Shown one piece after another: positions 57,621 to 64,000 of a DNA stretch of 64,000 bases (within the stretch, counting starts at the first letter, position 1; each line of letters starts with the position of its first letter). Location of the stretch: IMG/VR virus record IMGVR_UViG_3300027833_000017, one strand, 5' to 3'. The notes under the pieces were generated by a model, which saw nothing but the letters and a program-made list of their open reading frames with translations, was not told the origin of the DNA and did not search any database. A program made the translations under genes and the position numbers. This stretch comes from a virus.

Positions 57621-58256
57621 ATGGAATCATATCAAATCTTATTAAAGCATAGCCACTCTGGAAATCCAGACATAACCGAAATCGGATTAGACGAAGCGGG
57701 GAGAGGTGCTTTATCAGGACCAGTGACCGTAGCTGCATGCATCATGCCATACGGATTTCAACATGAACTTATTAAAGATTCAAAATTATTAAGTGAACCT
57801 CAAAGAGTAGCTGCAAGGCAGATGGTTTTAGATAACTGTATTGCATATTCTATTAAACATGTCAGTGTTGAAGACATTGAAAATACCAATATTTTAAAAG
57901 CAACATTAGAAGGCATGCGCAGATGTTTAGAAGATGTAAAAGATAATTTAATTGATTTTGATTTTATTCTTGTAGATGGAGATCAATTCCATGGGTTTGA
58001 TGGAATTCCATTTGAAACAGTAGTAGGTGGAGATAATACATATGTATCAATTGCTGCAGCTTCTATTTTGGCCAAAACAGAAAGAGATTTACTTATGAAA
58101 GAATTAAGTACGGATTTTCCAGCATACGGTTGGGGTTCAAATAAAGGATATGGTACTAAACAACATAGAGATGCTATATTAAGCGAAGGTGCAACACCTC
58201 ATCACAGAAATTCATTTATAAGTCATATGCTAACCAAAACTAATACATTGTTTTGA
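57621..58256 (+). CDS. rnhB: Ribonuclease HII
   Basis: GLDEAGRG.LSGPV, DSK.L, VDG, SIAAASILAK, NKGYGT..H. Confidence 0.93.
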   Translation: MESYQILLKHSHSGNPDITEIGLDEAGRGALSGPVTVAACIMPYGFQHELIKDSKLLSEPQRVAARQMVLDNCIAYSIKHVSVEDIENTNILKATLEGMRRCLEDVKDNLIDFDFILVDGDQFHGFDGIPFETVVGGDNTYVSIAAASILAKTERDLLMKELSTDFPAYGWGSNKGYGTKQHRDAILSEGATPHHRNSFISHMLTKTNTLF

Positions 58257-58597
58257 GAGGATTATTAGGAGGAATGTTATTGTTCTTGGCAGGGCAAACA
58301 TTAATTTGGTTTCAAACTAACGGTCAATTCCTAAGTCCATGGGCAAAAAAGAATCCGTTGATAATAAGTGTTTTAGGTGGCACTGTTATTAGTTATATGT
58401 TTATTAAAGCGACTGCATTAATTGCAGGATATTATGATGGTGCACTATGGCCTGGAAGATTTATAGGATTTTCTATGGGAATTACTTCTTTTGCATTCTT
58501 AACTTGGTACTTCTTAAATGAAGGTATTAATATTAAGACTGCAGTTTCACTTTGTTTAGCATTCGCACTTATTGCGGTTCAATTATTTTGGAAATGA
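58253..58597 (+). CDS. Four-TM membrane protein
   Basis: Hydrophobic 114 aa. Confidence 0.6.
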   Translation: MRGLLGGMLLFLAGQTLIWFQTNGQFLSPWAKKNPLIISVLGGTVISYMFIKATALIAGYYDGALWPGRFIGFSMGITSFAFLTWYFLNEGINIKTAVSLCLAFALIAVQLFWK

Positions 58598-58848
58598 AAA
58601 AATTAAAATTACCTTGGTTAGAAAATGATAAACCAACCAATGTTGTGGTTTACAGAAAACAAAAGAATAGTAACACATATTATATGATAGTCACTAACAT
58701 TCACGTTGATGTTATTAATAACGGAAGAGCAACAAAGCCAATAGTAGATCATAAATATGAAATCGTAGAATTAGGAATTGGTTTTAATTTTATAGAAGAA
58801 TGGGCTACAAAATATAGTATAAAAACACCAAAGGTTTTGGTTAAATAA
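58594..58848 (+). CDS. Hypothetical protein
   Basis: ATG 58594 overlaps the upstream stop. Confidence 0.5.
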   Translation: MKKLKLPWLENDKPTNVVVYRKQKNSNTYYMIVTNIHVDVINNGRATKPIVDHKYEIVELGIGFNFIEEWATKYSIKTPKVLVK

Positions 58849-58853
58849 ATTTT

Positions 58854-59081
58854 ATGAAAAGATCAATTAATATTATTAGCACTTGGATAGGCGTATTGTT
58901 AGGATTAGTTATAATAGCAACTGTATTGACAATACCAACACAATATTTGTGGAACACATGTTTAGTTCCGGCAATAGACGGCATAAATGCTATAGGATTT
59001 TGGCAAGCACTGGGACTTAATGTGTTATCTACTATTTTATTTAAGGGTTCCGGTACTCCTAAAACTAATCCCGAAAAATAA
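58854..59081 (+). CDS. Small membrane protein
   Basis: LWN...I.FWQALGL. Confidence 0.6.
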   Translation: MKRSINIISTWIGVLLGLVIIATVLTIPTQYLWNTCLVPAIDGINAIGFWQALGLNVLSTILFKGSGTPKTNPEK

Positions 59082-59100
59082 ATTAAAAAAAGTGCTCTCA

Positions 59101-59142
59101 GATTTTTTTATGTCGTTTATTTGTGGTATATTAGTACTATAA
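59101..59142 (+). promoter_or_regulatory. Class I promoter copy
   Basis: gatttttttatgtcgtttatttgtggTATATTAGtactata. Confidence 0.75.
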
Positions 59143-59158
59143 TTAAAAAGCGAAAGAT

Positions 59159-59419
59159 ATGAGTTATACAAGATTTGACAGACATAGCTGTTTTACTTCA
59201 GAAATGAGAACTATGACAATGGACATTATCAATGCCACTGAAAACGACGAGTTTACAAACATGGCCTATGGGCTTTTTGACGGATATTTATATGATGATC
59301 TTTTACATAAGGCTATAAAATTAGGCGTGAGTAAAGATATAGAAAATAAAATCAAAGGCTTGATCAAAGCTATTGAGATGTATTTACTTTTAACAAAACC
59401 AACAATAAAAAATACATAA
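59159..59419 (+). CDS. Hypothetical early protein
   Basis: 86 aa behind a promoter copy. Confidence 0.6.
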   Translation: MSYTRFDRHSCFTSEMRTMTMDIINATENDEFTNMAYGLFDGYLYDDLLHKAIKLGVSKDIENKIKGLIKAIEMYLLLTKPTIKNT

Positions 59420-59420
59420 T

Positions 59421-59888
59421 ATGACAGCAAAGAAAATAATGTACTTAGATATGGACGGAGTATTAGTTGATATATTTAAAGCGTGCGAAACAAAATATGG
59501 TAAAGACTTAGTTCCAAATATAGGTGAAATTCTAGATGCGGATCCTGAATTATTCTATGAAGCTGAGCCAATTCCTGGAGCTATTGAAGCTTTTAATAAA
59601 TTAGTAGAAGTGTTCGACGTTTATTTATTAACGACAGCGCCATGGGAAAGTTTAGGTTCTGTTAAGGCTAAAAGAATGTGGGTTAGAAAATACTTAGGAA
59701 AGCCTGCATATAAAAGAATAATTACTAGTCATCATAAAAATCTAATGATCGGCGATTACTTAATCGATGATAGAACAGTCAATGGTGCTGGTGAATTTAA
59801 AGGCGAACTAATTCAATTTGGTACAGAAACTTTTCCAGATTGGGATACAGTACTTAACTATTTAAAAATTAAACAAGATGATATTTAA
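59421..59888 (+). CDS. 5'(3')-deoxyribonucleotidase (NT5C-like HAD)
   Basis: YLDMDGVLVD, HKNL..GDYLIDDR. Confidence 0.85.
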   Translation: MTAKKIMYLDMDGVLVDIFKACETKYGKDLVPNIGEILDADPELFYEAEPIPGAIEAFNKLVEVFDVYLLTTAPWESLGSVKAKRMWVRKYLGKPAYKRIITSHHKNLMIGDYLIDDRTVNGAGEFKGELIQFGTETFPDWDTVLNYLKIKQDDI

Positions 59889-60120
59889 AGAAAATACTGA
59901 CGCACTTTTTGATACACACAAAAAAACAAATAAGGTTACATTATCTTGTACTAATGAAATACAAATTGAAGGTGCTAGAAATTTTATAGAAAACTTTAGG
60001 AGTTGGTTGTCGTATTTTGAATGCGAAGACGAGATACAAACAAATCTATTAAAAGAAATAATAGACGATGTTGAAATAACTTTTAGAAAGAAGCATCAGG
60101 AAATTGTTCGTAACTTTTAA
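59878..60120 (+). CDS. Hypothetical protein
   Basis: 80 aa ORF. Confidence 0.5.
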   Translation: MIFKENTDALFDTHKKTNKVTLSCTNEIQIEGARNFIENFRSWLSYFECEDEIQTNLLKEIIDDVEITFRKKHQEIVRNF

Positions 60121-60177
60121 AAATAAAACACGTCAGATTTTTTTATATCAATTATTTGTGGTATATTAGTAGTATAA
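60103..60177 (+). promoter_or_regulatory. Class I promoter copy with upstream attgttcgtaactt box
   Basis: attgttcgtaactttt...gatttttttatatcaattatttgtggTATATTAGtagtata. Confidence 0.75.
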
Positions 60178-60191
60178 TAAAAGTTAAAAAT

Positions 60192-60590
60192 ATGAGTAAA
60201 TTTAATGTAAATGAAGTAAGATGTAACGGAGTCGGTGGCTCAGGTTATCAAGCAGTTCTTAAACACAAAGCTGCAATCCAAGAAATTTGTCAAGAAGTTA
60301 GAGATCTTATAGGTATTGAAAAACTATGGGAACTAGCAACCGTAGAACCTAATGTTGATTATCATCAGGGAACAAGATTTAATTCTGTAGAAGACAACAC
60401 ATATAGACTTGTTACTGGAATTGCCAGTCACGTCTCGGAATATCTTCCAACAAGCGAGTTGATCGAGATGCACGTAGGAGCTGTTCTATTGATGTTAACG
60501 ATGGAAGATAAAGTAACACTTGTTGCCGATGCATGCAGAGACTGCGCAAGCGCAGATCATTGGTACACATTTGAAAAAGATTGGGGATAA
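60192..60590 (+). CDS. Hypothetical early protein
   Basis: Start reassigned to ATG 60192, downstream of the promoter. Confidence 0.6.
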   Translation: MSKFNVNEVRCNGVGGSGYQAVLKHKAAIQEICQEVRDLIGIEKLWELATVEPNVDYHQGTRFNSVEDNTYRLVTGIASHVSEYLPTSELIEMHVGAVLLMLTMEDKVTLVADACRDCASADHWYTFEKDWG

Positions 60591-60591
60591 G

Positions 60592-60804
60592 ATGACTATT
60601 GAAGAAAGATACAATCGTATAGACTCTGCGCCATATGTTATATTTCAAGATGACAAAACAGTTCATACTGTTGAAAGTATAGAAATATTTGAAGATATGG
60701 TCATTGTAGAAACAAATACAGGTTGGTTATTCAATGATATGGATTTATTTACCTTAGAAGAAATGGTGGATATTGAAGAAAAAATAAAAGATTTATTAAA
60801 ATAA
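60592..60804 (+). CDS. Hypothetical protein
   Basis: ATG 60592. Confidence 0.5.
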   Translation: MTIEERYNRIDSAPYVIFQDDKTVHTVESIEIFEDMVIVETNTGWLFNDMDLFTLEEMVDIEEKIKDLLK

Positions 60805-60815
60805 ACGCACAAATA

Positions 60816-60854
60816 CTTTTTTATGTCAAATATTTGTGGTATATTAGTAGTATA
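60816..60854 (+). promoter_or_regulatory. Class I promoter copy
   Basis: ttttttatgtcaaatatttgtggTATATTAGtagtata. Confidence 0.75.
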
Positions 60855-60866
60855 AAAACAAAGGAA

Positions 60867-61334
60867 ATGAAAAAAGTAATATTTGATTTAGATGGAACAT
60901 TGGCTCTCATCGATAAGCGAAGAGCTATTTCTACGAAGGACAATGGCAAAATGGATTGGGACACTTTCTTTGATCCTAAGAACATTGATCTTGATCAACC
61001 ACACGATGCTGTAATTAAGATGGCTCAAATGTTGAGTGACGCAGGACACATGATTGTTATTTTTAGTGGTAGATCTAAAGCAACTAAAGATGCAACTAAA
61101 ACATGGCTAAACAAATTCGATGTGCCATTTGATGTATTGAAGATGAGACCAACTGGTAAAGATTTTAAGTTTATGCCAGATGACGATCTTAAGAAGAAAT
61201 GGTTTAATGACTTATTTCCAACGCAAGGTCATGTTGACGATGTAGTTTGTGTATTTGACGATAGACAGAAAGTAGTTGATATGTGGAGAGATATGGGTTT
61301 AACTTGTATGCAAGTTGCACCTGGTAATTTTTAA
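60867..61334 (+). CDS. HAD phosphatase (polynucleotide kinase 3'-phosphatase-like)
   Basis: IFDLDGTLA, FSGR, LKMRP, VFDDRQKVVDMWR..G. Confidence 0.8.
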   Translation: MKKVIFDLDGTLALIDKRRAISTKDNGKMDWDTFFDPKNIDLDQPHDAVIKMAQMLSDAGHMIVIFSGRSKATKDATKTWLNKFDVPFDVLKMRPTGKDFKFMPDDDLKKKWFNDLFPTQGHVDDVVCVFDDRQKVVDMWRDMGLTCMQVAPGNF

Positions 61335-61348
61335 TAAAAATAAAAGAT

Positions 61349-61636
61349 ATGAAATTTAAAGATTTAAAATTTAAGAAACAACATCACGGCGGCGTAGGAG
61401 CTATTGCAAAGTTTAAAGAAGTTACAGTGAGTATTCAAGCAGGTAAGTTTGTTTATAGTACTCCACGTGAAGATGGGTTAGACTCTACACAATACGCTTC
61501 ATTTGAAGTTGCTATATTTAAAAATTCTGAGGGTGGTGGTTTTGTCACCGATAAATTTTTAAATACTGATGGTGATGAAGTTGCTGGATGGACTTCTAAG
61601 AAAGACGTTGAAAACCTTTTACAAAAATTAAAATAA
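61349..61636 (+). CDS. Hypothetical protein
   Basis: 95 aa ORF. Confidence 0.55.
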   Translation: MKFKDLKFKKQHHGGVGAIAKFKEVTVSIQAGKFVYSTPREDGLDSTQYASFEVAIFKNSEGGGFVTDKFLNTDGDEVAGWTSKKDVENLLQKLK

Positions 61637-61866
61637 TGGGAGCAGAAGGATTATTTTTAACAATTTTCTTAGGAGTATTTGCATTCGTAATGGGATGGAT
61701 GAAAGGTTGTGAAGACGAGCAATCAAGAATTAGAGATGCTTTTAGATCAGAAGATTATACGTATAGTGGATTTTTAGATGTTCTTGAAAAATACGAAGAA
61801 GAGAAGGAAGCCGCTAGATATTGGGCTAAACACGAAAAAAAGAAAAGAAAAAGAAAAAACAAATAA
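61636..61866 (+). CDS. Small membrane-anchored protein
   Basis: N-terminal TM segment, basic tail. Confidence 0.55.
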   Translation: MGAEGLFLTIFLGVFAFVMGWMKGCEDEQSRIRDAFRSEDYTYSGFLDVLEKYEEEKEAARYWAKHEKKKRKRKNK

Positions 61867-61867
61867 T

Positions 61868-62230
61868 ATGATTAAGGATATACAACCTCAAATTCCCTTA
61901 ACTAAAGACGAGAAAGGTAATCTACAAATTGACAATGAATTTATTGATCTTTTTTACAAAGAAACCGAAAGAAATTGGAAATTGGTAAGAGAGCGAGATG
62001 GTATGACTAAATATTCAAGAGATGTATTATGGGTAGAGTGGCAAGAGGATGGTACATTTAAAGAGCAGTTTAAAGAAATTGCAATAGGACGAAGTTTGAT
62101 TATGTCGCCGTTCAACGAATATTATACGTGGATGACAACAGTGTTAACAGAGATTTTAGGATCTGATGAAACGTTTGTTAAATTTAGAACCGACAATTCA
62201 ATATACACATTATACAAAATAAATGAGTAG
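61868..62230 (+). CDS. Hypothetical protein
   Basis: ATG 61868. Confidence 0.55.
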   Translation: MIKDIQPQIPLTKDEKGNLQIDNEFIDLFYKETERNWKLVRERDGMTKYSRDVLWVEWQEDGTFKEQFKEIAIGRSLIMSPFNEYYTWMTTVLTEILGSDETFVKFRTDNSIYTLYKINE

Positions 62231-62816
62231 ACAATTTACATGGTGGCGCAGATTTCATGGAGTTGTTAAATTGCCCAAGAAATATTTATTTAAAGGTGCA
62301 AGTGAGCTTCAACAAAGAATAGAATTTGGTGAATATGAATTCAATCATTTAGGCAGAGAAGTATACTTAGAAGAAAAGATTTATGAAGCTAAAGTAGAGG
62401 CTATTAAAAAGGAAAGTCCTTGGTTAAATGATGAAACTCTAATCGAAGCCATTGATTATGATAGAAAACAATATAATAAGCGTAAATCTATTATGATGAA
62501 AAATCATTTAGAAATAGAACAAAAGCTTCTTTGGAAATTGGCTGAAGATTTAGCCAAGGAATTTGACATGACAAAGGAAAGAGTTTCAGATATAATGGAA
62601 ATATTTGATGGTAACACTAGAGATTTATATTTTAAATGTAAAAGTATTGCGCTAGGTAAAAAGTTTGATCCAGAAAAAATGCAAAGATTTGTTAACGAAC
62701 AACCGCGACATATTCTAAAACCCAAAGAAAGAAAATACATTATGCTTTGGACAAAGCTAATCAAAGAACATGATTGGAAAAAGTATTTAAACTGGGAACA
62801 ATTAAACAATTCATAA
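62223..62816 (+). CDS. Hypothetical protein
   Basis: 197 aa, FTWWRRF. Confidence 0.55.
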   Translation: MSRQFTWWRRFHGVVKLPKKYLFKGASELQQRIEFGEYEFNHLGREVYLEEKIYEAKVEAIKKESPWLNDETLIEAIDYDRKQYNKRKSIMMKNHLEIEQKLLWKLAEDLAKEFDMTKERVSDIMEIFDGNTRDLYFKCKSIALGKKFDPEKMQRFVNEQPRHILKPKERKYIMLWTKLIKEHDWKKYLNWEQLNNS

Positions 62817-62834
62817 AAACCACATATAACTTAA

Positions 62835-63038
62835 GTGACTATTGGTACTCTTTCATATTATATTTTATTTGGTGTCATTGTAAATGCACTATACGATTTC
62901 TTAATTTCTACAATAGATAGAGAAGATCTAAGATTTAGTATGCTCGAAAGAATTTTAATAGGTCTTTTTTGGCCAGCGTATTTGGTATTACTTGTTATTA
63001 ACTTTATAATAAAATACATAAATGGAAAAAATAAATAA
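62835..63038 (+). CDS. Small membrane protein
   Basis: Two hydrophobic segments, LFWP. Confidence 0.5.
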   Translation: MTIGTLSYYILFGVIVNALYDFLISTIDREDLRFSMLERILIGLFWPAYLVLLVINFIIKYINGKNK

Positions 63039-63954
63039 TTACGGATATTGCTGTATCAATACTACTTTGCAGAAATCTGAAAAAGTTACTACTAATCGTA
63101 GCATGATTAAGCGTACGTTTGCAGCTAAAGGTATTGAGTATGCATCAGAGCTTGCATTATTAAATGTAAAAGATTTAGTTAAAGTAATTAATTGGAATAA
63201 TCGCAATGACATCAAACTCTTTCGTATTAGTTCTGATATGTTTCCATGGATGAGTGAGTATGAATTGTCTGATTTACCAGATTATAATAAAATCGTAAAT
63301 GTTCTTAAAGGTGCCGGTAAAATTGCGATGGATAATGGTCAACGTTTAACATTTCACCCTGGACCATTCGATGTATTAGCATCGCTTACACAACGAGTAG
63401 TTGACAAATGTATTATTGATCTCAACAAACATGGTGAAATTATGGATTTACTTGGCTTACCAAGAGATCACTCTGCACCAATCAATATACATGTCAATAC
63501 TACACAAGGTGGTAAAGACGAAGCAATGCAAAGATTTGTAGATAATTTCAAATTACTTGACGATTCTGTACGTACTCGATTAGTTGTAGAAAACGATGAC
63601 AAAGAAAGTCAGTACACGACCGAAGATCTATATGAAGGTGTATTTAGTAAAGTTGGTGTTCCTATCACATTCGATTATCACCATCATTGGTGTCATCCAG
63701 GTACATTATCACAAGAAGAAGCACTTAAACTTGCAGCTAAATCTTGGCCAAAGGGTATCAAACAATTAGTACACTATTCTTCATGTCAACAAGTACATGA
63801 AGATGAGACTCAAACAAATAAGCGTGCACATGCAGATTATATCTATGAGTATATAGAAACATATGGCTTATATCTAGATATCGAGCTAGAAGTAAAAGCA
63901 AAAGAATTGGCTCTACAAAAATATTTGAAACAATATCAATTAGAGTTAGTATAA
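63022..63954 (+). CDS. uvsE: UV-damage endonuclease
   Basis: GYCCIN, LFRISSDMFP, RLTFHPG, LVVENDD, FDYHHH, HADY, ELEVKAKE. Confidence 0.92.
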   Translation: MEKINNYGYCCINTTLQKSEKVTTNRSMIKRTFAAKGIEYASELALLNVKDLVKVINWNNRNDIKLFRISSDMFPWMSEYELSDLPDYNKIVNVLKGAGKIAMDNGQRLTFHPGPFDVLASLTQRVVDKCIIDLNKHGEIMDLLGLPRDHSAPINIHVNTTQGGKDEAMQRFVDNFKLLDDSVRTRLVVENDDKESQYTTEDLYEGVFSKVGVPITFDYHHHWCHPGTLSQEEALKLAAKSWPKGIKQLVHYSSCQQVHEDETQTNKRAHADYIYEYIETYGLYLDIELEVKAKELALQKYLKQYQLELV

Positions 63955-64000
63955 CCATTATAAAATTAGTATATGAAAAAAATTAAAAATGTATTGAGCA

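Noticed and set aside
1-64000. tRNA genes, reverse transcriptase/DGR, transposases, alternative genetic code
   Set aside because: None recognised by eye; long ORFs are intact under code 11 and TAG/TGA serve as stops. A tRNAscan run would be needed to exclude tRNAs.

Overview
AT-rich (~30-33% GC by eye) 64 kb segment of a large, probably lytic tailed phage. The host is most likely Bacteroidota/Flavobacteriia, judged from the Flavobacteria-like bS21, MgsA and CBS-less KdsD, and from AT-rich SD-less starts. Contents: (i) fibre/virion-appendage genes: three Pro-poor Gly-Thr-Ser collagen-like proteins, a vWA-Hint protein, a coiled-coil fibre and two giant Thr-rich proteins; (ii) glycosylation genes: GT60/Gnt1-like, HtrL-like, DUF2827, GT4, an HP-motif GT, KdsD, KdsB, and a GT25 + PLOD-type lysyl hydroxylase fusion; (iii) an inverted block of small early genes (13.4-18.6 kb), most behind a copy of a conserved promoter, flanked by GC-rich non-coding repeat DNA; (iv) metabolic, proteostasis and repair genes: thyA, a second dCMP-type TS paralogue, mgsA, N-domain-less clpC, clpP, hsp20, dnaJ, rpsU, phoH, rnhB, uvsE. 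Top observation: the two adjacent Thr-rich proteins (41396-44758 and 44813-47635) carry 812-residue aperiodic repeat tracts that are reverse-complements of each other at the protein level. Aromatic positions in one face basic/polar positions in the other, 56/56 segment lengths are mirrored, and the register is i+j=928. This suggests a sequence-coded antiparallel heterodimeric beta-ribbon fibre. All calls are from motif recognition by eye; no database searches were run.
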